DNA of 64,000 bases from Bacillus subtilis subsp. subtilis str. 168 (GCF_000009045.1 NC_000964.3:2170001-2234000), one strand, 5' to 3'; numbered from the stretch's first letter, positions 19,965-28,834 are shown. The notes: a model not told the origin generated them from the letters alone. Numbers and translations are program-made.

Positions 19965-20785
19965 GGTGCTACACCAGCCATACAATACACATTTTCATTA
20001 ATGAATTTAGTTAGAACAGCAATATAGTCATAAAAAACTTGATTCTGCGTTCCATTGCGTCCAGCCAGTGTAAAAGTATTAAACATTTCTCTTCGTTGTT
20101 CAGTGCTTATTTCAAGTTGAATACTCATACCAGTGCTATTTTTATTAGCAATGTTCTGCTCATTTGTGCCTGCTAAACGGGAATCTTCAGACAGTAATTC
20201 TGCAGAAAAGCCTGCATCGGTAAGTAATGATGTGATCTTTGCTGCTTTTTCTCTGTCTGTCCCACCAACTAAAGTGTGTTTCTTACTTGATGCATACCCA
20301 TGAATTGAGATTGTTAAATCATGCTTACTCAATAAATCTAAAGCTTGAGGTTCATCGAAATTCGTACTTGTAATATGCAACTCAGAAGCTCCTGGTATCC
20401 TTAAACCTTCAAATAGATAGGCAGAGTAAGACTTACTTAATTCTCTTGCAAGCTCACTAGTCCCTCCTTCAATACCTCCACCATGGGGTGCCAGAATAAG
20501 CACTCTCCTGTCAACATCGGTAGTTAGAATGTTATAGCTCAAAGGTGACTCATTTTCTTTCAACTCTTCAAAATTACTATACTTATCTGCAGCTAGAACT
20601 GAATTGGGATTAAACAATGCAAACAATGAAGTAACTAGGATTGGAAAAGACTTCTTGTCTGTGATATACTTATATAGCTTCGTAACCTTGCGAAGTGTGC
20701 GGTAGAGAAGGACTGGCCCGCCAAAGCTTGCCTTCTCTGCCCCCTTAACTCTTTTTTCTACTATTCTGTTTTTAAACTTTAACAA
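19961..20785 (-). CDS. yoqZ: Poly-gamma-glutamate hydrolase (phage PghP family)
   Basis: APHGGGIEGGTSE, LHITST.FDEP, ISIHG, IQLEIS motifs. Confidence 0.9.
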   Translation of the reverse strand: MLKFKNRIVEKRVKGAEKASFGGPVLLYRTLRKVTKLYKYITDKKSFPILVTSLFALFNPNSVLAADKYSNFEELKENESPLSYNILTTDVDRRVLILAPHGGGIEGGTSELARELSKSYSAYLFEGLRIPGASELHITSTNFDEPQALDLLSKHDLTISIHGYASSKKHTLVGGTDREKAAKITSLLTDAGFSAELLSEDSRLAGTNEQNIANKNSTGMSIQLEISTEQRREMFNTFTLAGRNGTQNQVFYDYIAVLTKFINENVYCMAGVAP

Positions 20786-20870
20786 TCAACAACTCTCCTT
20801 AAATAGGTTTATTTTTATTTTTTACTTTCATCTTATAAGCAATCACATTAGTACCACCCCCTTCTCCGAA

Positions 20871-20886
20871 TAAAAAATTACTTTTA
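20871..20886. repeat. TAAAA-N6-TTTTA boundary site
   Basis: TAAAAaattacTTTTA; supplies the yoqY stop codon. Confidence 0.75.
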
Positions 20887-21279
20887 TGCAGACTCAATAC
20901 TGATGCCAGTATCTTTTAACAATTCAATTTGTTCCGATGGAATATCCGATTTCACCATACTCCACCCGACTAAGGTCATTCCGTAATAAAGATCGGTTAG
21001 TTCAACTTCATCATTCAACTCACCTTTTAATCGAATCATTCGATCTTTATATTTTTCATGACCAACAATATCAAAGCTCTGATTATAAATTGCATATGTT
21101 TTACCGTTTGCTTCGTTGTCTTGATATGGGGTATAGACTGCCCTGCCGTCAGACAAGCTCGGATCAGTTTTCAACCATTCATATACCTCTTCATCAGATT
21201 GAGCAAGCAAATATGTAAAGATACCCCGCTCACTTCCCTTGGGTGCAAAGTGCTCTAACATAATTTCATATAAGTTCAT
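20884..21279 (-). CDS. yoqY: Hypothetical protein (131 aa)
   Basis: ORF with GGAGG RBS, flanked by two boundary sites. Confidence 0.85.
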   Translation of the reverse strand: MNLYEIMLEHFAPKGSERGIFTYLLAQSDEEVYEWLKTDPSLSDGRAVYTPYQDNEANGKTYAIYNQSFDIVGHEKYKDRMIRLKGELNDEVELTDLYYGMTLVGWSMVKSDIPSEQIELLKDTGISIESA

Positions 21280-21304
21280 TTCAATTACCTCCCTGGATTC
21301 TGGT

Positions 21305-21320
21305 TAAAATATCGTTTTTA
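21305..21320. repeat. TAAAA-N6-TTTTA boundary site
   Basis: TAAAAtatcgtTTTTA, intergenic yoqY/yoqX. Confidence 0.75.
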
Positions 21321-21333
21321 TCTAGATTTCTGT

Positions 21334-21555
21334 TTACTTATTTCTTCTAATTTTATTTTTATCCAACAAATCAATAATGTAAGTTTCAAACATGTCATCC
21401 CAATAAGGATCTGTTCTCGCTATGTATTTCTTTGTTCTTCCGTTCTCCTCAATCTTAAAGGTTTGCCCCTTTTGAATATCGGTGAACTTTTTCTTTCTCC
21501 ATATTCCCCTAATCAACACATCAACTTCTTTAACCTCAACTGTTTGCTGCGGCAT
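21334..21555 (-). CDS. yoqX: Hypothetical protein (73 aa)
   Basis: AAGGAGG RBS before MPQQ. Confidence 0.78.
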
Positions 21556-21625
21556 CACATTCCTCCTTTTTGATTTTCGTGTATCAAGCCTGTACAATAT
21601 TCAAAAACCCTAAAGGATGATGAAC

Positions 21626-22300
21626 ATGTGTGGCAGGTTCACTTTATTTTCTGAGTTTGATGACATCATTGAGCAATTCAATATAGATCAATTCTTACCT
21701 GAAGGTGAATATCACCCTAGCTATAATGTCGCTCCTTCACAAAACATCCTGACAATCATCAACGATGGATCCAATAACCGTCTGGGCAAACTTAGATGGG
21801 GTCTTATCCCTCCATGGGCTAAAGACGAAAAGATCGGCTATAAAATGATTAATGCCCGTGCTGAAACATTGTCCGAGAAACCCAGCTTTCGAAAGCCGCT
21901 CGTAAGCAAACGTTGTATCATACCGGCTGACAGTTTTTATGAATGGAAACGCCTTGATCCAAAGACTAAGATTCCTATGCGGATTAAACTTAAATCGTCC
22001 AATCTCTTCGCTTTTGCAGGCTTATACGAAAAGTGGAACACACCAGAAGGCAATCCTTTATACACTTGCACAATCATTACAACAAAGCCTAATGAGCTTA
22101 TGGAAGACATCCATGATCGGATGCCGGTTATCCTTACTGATGAGAACGAAAAGGAATGGCTCAACCCTAAAAATACTGATCCTGATTATCTACAAAGCTT
22201 ACTGCAGCCATATGATGCTGATGACATGGAAGCATACCAGGTTTCATCTTTAGTGAATTCACCTAAAAACAATTCACCTGAGCTCATTGAATCCCATTAA
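21626..22300 (+). CDS. yoqW: SRAP/HMCES-family abasic-site processing protein
   Basis: N-terminal MCGRF, YNVAP, WGLIP, INARAET, IHDRMP motifs. Confidence 0.95.
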   Translation: MCGRFTLFSEFDDIIEQFNIDQFLPEGEYHPSYNVAPSQNILTIINDGSNNRLGKLRWGLIPPWAKDEKIGYKMINARAETLSEKPSFRKPLVSKRCIIPADSFYEWKRLDPKTKIPMRIKLKSSNLFAFAGLYEKWNTPEGNPLYTCTIITTKPNELMEDIHDRMPVILTDENEKEWLNPKNTDPDYLQSLLQPYDADDMEAYQVSSLVNSPKNNSPELIESH

Positions 22301-22369
22301 GTACCACTGCCATATCGCTTTATATATCACCTTCGCTTAGCTAATATGTTCTAAGTAGGAGGTGATATT

Positions 22370-23182
22370 TTGTTTGTATCGCCAATGCTATTGCATTCAA
22401 TAAAAGAGCCTTTTAACGACGAGAACTATATCACTGAGCTCAAATTTGATGGAATCAGACTCATCCTTTCTAAATTTGATAATCAGATTAAGCTATACAC
22501 TCGTCACAACAACGAAGTAACAAGTAAGTTCCCAGAACTCATGGACTTAGATATTCCAGATGGAACAGTGCTCGATGGTGAAGTTATTGTAGCTGCCTCA
22601 GGTGGTGCTCCTGACTTTGAGGCTGTAATGGAACGTTTTATGTCCAAAAAATCAGCTCATAATATTGTTTACTGTGTCTTTGATGTTATCTACAAAGACG
22701 GTCAATCAATTGCAGCTAAGCCACTCACTGAGCGTAAGACAGTTCTGAATTCACTTGAACTGGATCATCCTAATGTCTTTGTTATAGAGGGAACTCAAGG
22801 TAACGGTCTTGCTTACTTCAACCTGGCCAAAGAAAAGAATTTAGAGGGAATCGTAATCAAGAAAGCTAACTCCCCTTATGAGATCAATAAACGTTCGCAT
22901 AATTGGCTTAAAGTGATTAATTACGATTACACTGAGGTTCTCATAACTGGCTACACCAAAAAGGATATAAAATTCCTTCTGTCTTATCCTGATGGAACTT
23001 CAGCTGGATTTATGGAATTTATGCCACATGCAGAACGAACTAAGTTCCACTCTATGAAACAAGTTAAGTCTGAATCTGATGAATATGTATTTATCGAACC
23101 TATCTTATGTAACGTTAAGCACAGATTTAAGACTAAGCACGGTAAACTCCGCATACCTTCCTTTGAATCCTGGAGAGTGTAA
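22370..23182 (+). CDS. ligB: ATP-dependent DNA ligase
   Basis: ELKFDGIR adenylation motif, LDGE, VFDV, EGIVIK. Confidence 0.95.
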   Translation: MFVSPMLLHSIKEPFNDENYITELKFDGIRLILSKFDNQIKLYTRHNNEVTSKFPELMDLDIPDGTVLDGEVIVAASGGAPDFEAVMERFMSKKSAHNIVYCVFDVIYKDGQSIAAKPLTERKTVLNSLELDHPNVFVIEGTQGNGLAYFNLAKEKNLEGIVIKKANSPYEINKRSHNWLKVINYDYTEVLITGYTKKDIKFLLSYPDGTSAGFMEFMPHAERTKFHSMKQVKSESDEYVFIEPILCNVKHRFKTKHGKLRIPSFESWRV

Positions 23183-23247
23183 TCTCTCCGTTACATAACT
23201 TCTTAGAGCCTAGCCTTTTAAAATTCAATGAAAATTTAGTACATGGA

Positions 23248-23661
23248 TCAATTAGTATTCATCCATTCATCGAAGCTATAAGGATAATCAACAGTCTCTA
23301 TAAACCCTATTTCTTTTGCCTTCTGACGGATTTTCATACATCCTTCATAGCTGTAAGCCCATATTTCTTTATAATCCCTCAGCTCGCCGCATTTCCCTGT
23401 TATGATGAACTTTCTAAAACTGTTGACCAGTTGCCACATGTTGCCTCCATGCGAAAAGCCGTTTGGACTCCCGTATCCCATTTCATACGGATAAACGTCA
23501 TCACCCGTGTAATCATCAACGAAGAACAGTTTTTTCTTAAACCTGAAATACGCTATACGATCCTTTGACTTGCGGTAGAATGTACGATGATCAATGCTTG
23601 CAATAAGCTTTATCAGATCATTAATATCGTTCATGCGTTTTATTTGCTCTTGATTTGGCAC
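23248..23661 (-). CDS. yoqU: Hypothetical protein (137 aa, GTG start)
   Basis: AAGGAGG RBS just after a boundary site. Confidence 0.82.
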   Translation of the reverse strand: MPNQEQIKRMNDINDLIKLIASIDHRTFYRKSKDRIAYFRFKKKLFFVDDYTGDDVYPYEMGYGSPNGFSHGGNMWQLVNSFRKFIITGKCGELRDYKEIWAYSYEGCMKIRQKAKEIGFIETVDYPYSFDEWMNTN

Positions 23662-23680
23662 TACGGTTACCTCCTTCCAT

Positions 23681-23696
23681 TAAAATAAATATTTTA
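23681..23696. repeat. TAAAA-N6-TTTTA boundary site
   Basis: TAAAAtaaataTTTTA. Confidence 0.75.
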
Positions 23697-23826
23697 TTTT
23701 AAATGCTATTTTTCTTTAAACCTTTTTAAATTTCCAAGCTTCATTTCACCTTTATTACTGCAAGCAGGTTGTCATACGCTTGCCATATAAAAGAGACTGG
23801 ACATTTTTGTCTCGGAGGTGAAATAA

Positions 23827-23976
23827 ATGGAATTAATCTTAGATTGTTTCGTGAATTGGTCATTTGACAAAATCATGGACTACATCTTAATTGCAGGACT
23901 TTATTTTGTGTTCAAATCGAAATCTAAACAGAATTATCCTGATCACTTCGAAGAAAAACGCCGGCATAGAAATTAA
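23827..23976 (+). CDS. yoqT: Small membrane protein (49 aa)
   Basis: Hand-translated MELILDCF...RRHRN; GGAGGTG RBS; one hydrophobic segment and a basic tail. Confidence 0.75.
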   Translation: MELILDCFVNWSFDKIMDYILIAGLYFVFKSKSKQNYPDHFEEKRRHRN

Positions 23977-24039
23977 TACTTTATGATCGTTATCGATACG
24001 TGTGCTTTTTCGATAACGATCCATCCTAATATGTTTAGT

Positions 24040-24055
24040 TAAAAACTATCTTTTA
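24040..24055. repeat. TAAAA-N6-TTTTA boundary site
   Basis: TAAAAactatcTTTTA; supplies the yoqS stop codon. Confidence 0.75.
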
Positions 24056-24400
24056 TTCAATCTCTATATTCAACCCAGTTGATCCAACTTTGATTTCCCT
24101 CATCTCTCCAATCTGTGGCATATATAAATGTTTCTTTTCATTAGAAACAATTTCACCCTTCCAACAACCGTTTTGCACAAAGGATTTTGTCCCGATTGGT
24201 AAAGTTTGAAGATCTGCGTTCTCTATGTATTCTCCCTCCTCTCTATAAATATCTCCTTGTTCAGAAATCCTCCTTTTCGAAACTTTAATGTCGATTTTGT
24301 AAAGTGAATTTTCATCCTCAATCATTAATTTATATAGCCAATCAGTTATTTTTGATTGCTCTTCACTACCGTTAACCATATCGAAAATCTTCCTGTACAT
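24053..24400 (-). CDS. yoqS: Hypothetical protein (115 aa)
   Basis: ORF track; gene order. Confidence 0.8.
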   Translation of the reverse strand: MYRKIFDMVNGSEEQSKITDWLYKLMIEDENSLYKIDIKVSKRRISEQGDIYREEGEYIENADLQTLPIGTKSFVQNGCWKGEIVSNEKKHLYMPQIGEMREIKVGSTGLNIEIE

Positions 24401-24401
24401 G

Positions 24402-24758
24402 TCATTCCTCTTCTTTTGAAAAATACTTGTCTACCACTTGTTTTTCTAAGTAAACGACACCGTCTATCAATATGCCTCTATGTATATCTACATCTTCAAC
24501 AGTAACGGTTCCGCCTTTCCAGAAGTTATTTAGGCAATCTTCTTTAACAGTTAATGTTTGACCCTTATAATAATCATTCGAATCTTCTTTATTACTATTC
24601 AATTCAAGAATCTGGTCATTAAATTGAATTGTCACACCATCAGCAATTATCTTATCTCGCCCAACTTTACTTAGCGAATCCGCTAAAATAACAAACTCCT
24701 GATTATATTCTCCTCCATTAACATCCACTGTAATTGAGTATTGATTTCTTTTTTTCAT
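24402..24758 (-). CDS. yoqR: Hypothetical protein (118 aa)
   Basis: AAGGGA RBS before MKKRN. Confidence 0.78.
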
Positions 24759-25059
24759 TGATTTCCCTTCCGACCCCATCAGCTTGTCTAATAGTGTCTA
24801 ACAACTCTTTCTTCTTGAAATAGGTCTTTTCCAAACGATTTACTTCCTTTTGCAATTCAGTAGCAGCATCATACTTAACGATCCATTCTCCTACTCCACA
24901 GACTTCTCTTTGTTCTTTCTCAAACGTTTTTATGTGATGGCCTTCAAACCAAACCCTTACTCTTGTTCCGTTTTCAAATTCATTATTAAAAGCAGCTGCT
25001 TTCTCAGTTCCCGCATAAATACATTTATACTTGCTGTCATCGACTACATAAGTGTTCAT
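24718..25059 (-). CDS. yoqP: Hypothetical protein (113 aa)
   Basis: GGAG RBS; 3' end overlaps the yoqR start. Confidence 0.78.
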
Positions 25060-25172
25060 TATCTCCGCTCCTTTAAATCACGATTTTAATTTAACTTTAA
25101 TGTGTATCATCTTGAGAAAATCCCCTTTAATTGGTAAACTCATACTTAACTTACATAAGAGTAGGTGATTCC

Positions 25173-25547
25173 TTGAGTAAAACAATCGGTATTACTGGAT
25201 TTTTCTTAAGCATAGTAGTGCAATCATTTTCGGCGAATGATTCGCTATCCCACAAGATCGCTACGGGTTTATTATTTGTATCAATAGCAATTTATAATTT
25301 TGACCACGCTAAAGATTATTCCAAAGCATCCCTTGTCGTAATATGCCTCACCTTTTTCGTACTTGCCTTGGGTATTCATAAGCTTCTTTCCTTTTCGAGT
25401 GACTTATTTGACAATGTGAATATAAATTTCGGAGTAATATTCATCCTCCAAATCACATTAATAATTGGATCTGTTGCAATAGCTATCAGTATAATGAAAT
25501 TTATCTGTGATCGTCTAAAAAAGAAACCTAACGGTAAAGAGTGTTAA
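25173..25547 (+). CDS. yoqO: Multi-pass membrane protein (124 aa, TTG start)
   Basis: AGGTGA RBS; four hydrophobic segments; antisense to its neighbours. Confidence 0.8.
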   Translation: MSKTIGITGFFLSIVVQSFSANDSLSHKIATGLLFVSIAIYNFDHAKDYSKASLVVICLTFFVLALGIHKLLSFSSDLFDNVNINFGVIFILQITLIIGSVAIAISIMKFICDRLKKKPNGKEC

Positions 25548-25563
25548 TTCCTCTTTGCCTTTT

Positions 25564-25782
25564 TTATGCTAAATACTTCTTCTTATGTGGTCTTCTATGT
25601 ACAAAATCAAATGCTATATCAACTTTTGCATTTTCCTTCTCCTCTGCTACTCGCTCCGTAACAACGATTAGTTGTCCATTTTCCTGGCGGTCAATGCTAT
25701 GGACTGAATATCCTTTAGCAGCGTAATATTCTCCGATAATCTCATCAACGTGGTTGCTAAGCAGATTCCTCTTTATCACCAA
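25564..25782 (-). CDS. yoqN: Hypothetical protein (about 72 aa)
   Basis: GGAGG RBS; start uncertain. Confidence 0.72.
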   Translation of the reverse strand: MVIKRNLLSNHVDEIIGEYYAAKGYSVHSIDRQENGQLIVVTERVAEEKENAKVDIAFDFVHRRPHKKKYLA

Positions 25783-25985
25783 CATAACCTCCACTTATTT
25801 TATTTTTATTCTATAGTTTTTTATGATTCCATCCTATAATCCATCTCTCCATTTGCCTTCTCATCTATCACGACATTAACCGACACACAATTTCCATATG
25901 TATGGGAGTAATTTCGCTATTTTGCCTTCTTTAAAAACCATATAATGTAATTGCAATACATTAAAAGGAAATGGAGATGGTTCAA

Positions 25986-26264
25986 ATGAAATTAAGAAAA
26001 GTATTGACTGGTTCTGTTTTATCTCTTGGATTACTCGTTTCTGCTTCTCCTGCATTCGCTACTAGCCCATCTGCTATGGTTAAAGAGAATAACATTGTTC
26101 AAGACGAAATAAGTGTGAAAGAATTGCATACAAAGTATATTTACCATCACAATATTAATGATTTTAAAAATATTGAGAAAGACGAAAACGGTAGAAACTG
26201 GTACTTAAAAGGCATTGAATATAAAGATGGATGGTATGTAGGGAAGTACCAAGCAAATTATTGA
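25986..26264 (+). CDS. yoqM: Secreted protein, LCI-type antimicrobial peptide-like precursor
   Basis: Signal peptide ending AFA; aromatic C-terminus GRNWYLKGIEYKDGWYVGKY. Confidence 0.8.
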   Translation: MKLRKVLTGSVLSLGLLVSASPAFATSPSAMVKENNIVQDEISVKELHTKYIYHHNINDFKNIEKDENGRNWYLKGIEYKDGWYVGKYQANY

Positions 26265-26388
26265 TTTATCGAGGGGGTGTTCCCCCCTCTTTCATTTTTA
26301 GGAGATTTTTTGCGCTCAATGTTTTCAAATTCCCCTCTATTTACTTGTGCAAGTATCATTACAGTATCAATTATGTATTTGTTGCAGC

Positions 26389-27081
26389 CTATCCTTTTGT
26401 CCTCCATTCTGAATCTTGTCGTTCCTCTTTAAAACGATTTAGCCACTCTTTGATCTTTAGTAATCTTTCGGATGAAAAGTTTTTGTTTGATGAGTTGTAC
26501 CACTCTTCAAATGCAAAGTCGTGCTTTGAGCTATTGCAAGATTTACAAGCAGGTATGCAGTTGCTTATATCATTAGCCCCTTTGTGATCTACATGCTCTT
26601 TATGAAAATCACTTTGTATATAGGTTCCTTTGAATAATATCTTATGATCTTCAATTTTCAGCCCGCAATAGGAACACTTGTTGTTAAAATAGTCTTTGCA
26701 CTTTTGCCACTGTACATCTGTAATGTTATGTTTCTTGTGAGCATCTCTTTGTAAACGGTAGTTTTTTAATTTTAGCTTGTTCTTTTCTTGCCAGATTTGT
26801 TGTGTTTTTTTCTTTTTCAAACTTGAGTTGTATTTCTTTTTGGCCTCTTTCATCCCTGGAAGAAGATTTCTTTCCCTCATTCGTTCAAGCTGTTTGTCAT
26901 AATTCTTCAACATGCTTTCTTTAGCCTTTTTTAATACACAAGCTTTACAGTATGAATGAAGTCCATCCTTATTTTTCTTCACAGAGTAAAAATTCTCTTC
27001 AGTTGCCGGTAACCAGCTTTTACAACTTATACAATTCTTGTGATAATATCCGTTTATTATTTTATGCTTTTTACTATCAAT
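26389..27081 (-). CDS. yoqL: HNH endonuclease with N-terminal Zn finger (230 aa, ATT start)
   Basis: CSYCG...HKEHV...SNCIPACKSCNSSK HNH motif; frame extends past the track start to an ATT with AGGTGA RBS. Confidence 0.88.
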   Translation of the reverse strand: MDSKKHKIINGYYHKNCISCKSWLPATEENFYSVKKNKDGLHSYCKACVLKKAKESMLKNYDKQLERMRERNLLPGMKEAKKKYNSSLKKKKTQQIWQEKNKLKLKNYRLQRDAHKKHNITDVQWQKCKDYFNNKCSYCGLKIEDHKILFKGTYIQSDFHKEHVDHKGANDISNCIPACKSCNSSKHDFAFEEWYNSSNKNFSSERLLKIKEWLNRFKEERQDSEWRTKG

Positions 27082-27120
27082 TAATTTTTCACCTATATTA
27101 ATTGCCCCCTGCTCTTTAGT

Positions 27121-27324
27121 CTATCTGTTAAACACATAATCATCAGTTAATTCCCTCTTGAATCGATAAAACTGTTTTATTTGATTTAGATCAATCCCAA
27201 CCCAGCAATTGTCCACCATCCACCCTTTTGGTTTTAATTCACTTACGAAATGCTTTCTGGCTTCAATATCATCAGAATATATGTACAATCGTTCTTCATA
27301 TGTTCTTTCTTCTATTAGTTTCAG
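27121..27324 (-). CDS. yoqK: Hypothetical protein (67 aa, CTG start)
   Basis: Hand-translated (M)KLIEERTYEE...VFNR; GGAGAGGTGA RBS before CTG; missed by the track. Confidence 0.7.
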   Translation of the reverse strand: MKLIEERTYEERLYIYSDDIEARKHFVSELKPKGWMVDNCWVGIDLNQIKQFYRFKRELTDDYVFNR

Positions 27325-27343
27325 AAAAGTTCACCTCTCCTTA

Positions 27344-27970
27344 TCATCCAACAAAATACGTAATATCTAATTCAAAATTAAAATCAGGATGAAGTCTCCA
27401 TAGCTGATGTCCTAAGTAAGTTTTCTTGGCGTAATTTAAGCAGTTTCTTGTACCACTTTTACTTCCATCATAAACAGCTACTATTGCCTCACTGTGATCA
27501 ATCATGTATTCATTTCGCTTTTGCATCTTAGCTGGCGAAAACTCTCCTGGTTTCTCTCCACTAACTTTATATTTATCTAATTCTTCAACATTAATAATCT
27601 CATCTGCTACATTAAGCATACGTTTGTACCACATTTTTTGGTCTGCAGACCAAACTTTATCTTGTTCTTTGAAAGGTGTGGCAATTATGTTTTTGATATG
27701 AGGGTGTTTCTTCTTTAGAATATGCACACACCAACAAGCAGCCTGATCAGTTCCTAACGCTCCTCCAGTTATAAACCTATACTTGTTTTCCTTAGTGATT
27801 AATTCTTCAATTACTGCAAGCAGCTTATCTTTGAGTTTAAGCATTGTTGGATTTTTCATATCGTATCCACCCAATTTGTTCGGCCTATGACCAGTGAAGC
27901 ACACAGTTTTCTTTCTTATAGACTCCTTTTCTTGATATATCCGCTCACGTTCATTTCTCTCAATTTCCAT
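27344..27970 (-). CDS. yoqJ: YspA/SLOG-family nucleotide-binding protein
   Basis: VCFTGHRP, ITGGALGTDQ, MQKRNEYMID, SGTRNC motifs; start may lie further upstream (ATA at 28015). Confidence 0.88.
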   Translation of the reverse strand: MEIERNERERIYQEKESIRKKTVCFTGHRPNKLGGYDMKNPTMLKLKDKLLAVIEELITKENKYRFITGGALGTDQAACWCVHILKKKHPHIKNIIATPFKEQDKVWSADQKMWYKRMLNVADEIINVEELDKYKVSGEKPGEFSPAKMQKRNEYMIDHSEAIVAVYDGSKSGTRNCLNYAKKTYLGHQLWRLHPDFNFELDITYFVG

Positions 27971-28033
27971 CTGCTTAATATATTCTGGATCACTAAGTTT
28001 TTTGAAATTGACTATCGGTTCTCACCCTTTCTT

Positions 28034-28049
28034 TAAAACAGTCTTTTTA
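28034..28049. repeat. TAAAA-N6-TTTTA boundary site
   Basis: TAAAAcagtctTTTTA, intergenic yoqI/yoqJ. Confidence 0.75.
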
Positions 28050-28069
28050 TTCAACCATTATTAACAGAC

Positions 28070-28264
28070 CTATTCATACTCAACAATGACTTCATGGTTA
28101 TCTACAAATAGATCATTCCCATTTGATAAGTGTACCCAGAAAGCTTCTTCTGGTTCTTCTCTATAGTCATAAATAGCAATTACCTTTGTATTTGATTCAT
28201 CATTTATCGGTTTACCTACAGTTATTTTTGTGTTTTCTTCAGGTAAAATAATCGATTTAATCAT
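28070..28264 (-). CDS. yoqI: Hypothetical protein (64 aa)
   Basis: ORF track; gene order. Confidence 0.72.
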   Translation of the reverse strand: MIKSIILPEENTKITVGKPINDESNTKVIAIYDYREEPEEAFWVHLSNGNDLFVDNHEVIVEYE

Positions 28265-28312
28265 TTACATCAATCCAATCCAAGTTTGTTTTACACTGTT
28301 GCCCCAAGACAT

Positions 28313-28765
28313 TCAATAACAGGACTCAATATTTTTCGTTAATATACTTGGCCCCAACTTTTGTGTGCTAGAATTTGACAGACGCACTTGCACTTTAACA
28401 TTCTTCATTTCGGCCGAAATTGTGTCAATTCTTCCCGCCCAACTAGGACTCTCTTCCTCAGGAGTAGGATAAAGTTTAAACCGCCAACTAATCTCACCTG
28501 GTTTAGTAGCAAATCCTTCGTAACTGTCGTAATTTCCAAAAGAAGAAGGTGCAGGAAGATGGACAGCAAGAATACTTATATTGGTTCTGGCAGCACTCGG
28601 TGGGTTCAATTGCACCTTATAGATTAATGCTACACCTTTAGCATTTTTAAGATTTTTATCTACCGGCTCCAGTATTACACTGCAAGGCATTGGACTGGCG
28701 TTTGTTTGAATGGGATAGGCAACAATAATACTTAAAAAGGATAAAACTAAAATAAATCGTTTCAT
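28313..28765 (-). CDS. yoqH: Secreted protein (150 aa)
   Basis: N-terminal signal peptide; GAGGA RBS. Confidence 0.85.
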   Translation of the reverse strand: MKRFILVLSFLSIIVAYPIQTNASPMPCSVILEPVDKNLKNAKGVALIYKVQLNPPSAARTNISILAVHLPAPSSFGNYDSYEGFATKPGEISWRFKLYPTPEEESPSWAGRIDTISAEMKNVKVQVRLSNSSTQKLGPSILTKNIESCY

Positions 28766-28834
28766 TGAAAATTCCTCACAATTTTTTTAGTTAATTTCCC
28801 TTATTTCTGGATTGATTATTCATTTGTATTTGAT

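Noticed and set aside
20790-20870. Tiny ORF after the strong RBS-like GGAGAAGGGGGTGG downstream of site 20871
   Set aside because: Only 1-11 codons in the possible frames; may be a decayed gene start but cannot be supported
22340-22352. TAATATGTTCT upstream of ligB as a LexA box
   Set aside because: Only one half-site matches GAAC-N4-GTTC
27167-27179. TAAAA-ctg-TTTTA as another boundary site
   Set aside because: Spacer is only 3 nt and it lies inside the yoqK coding frame
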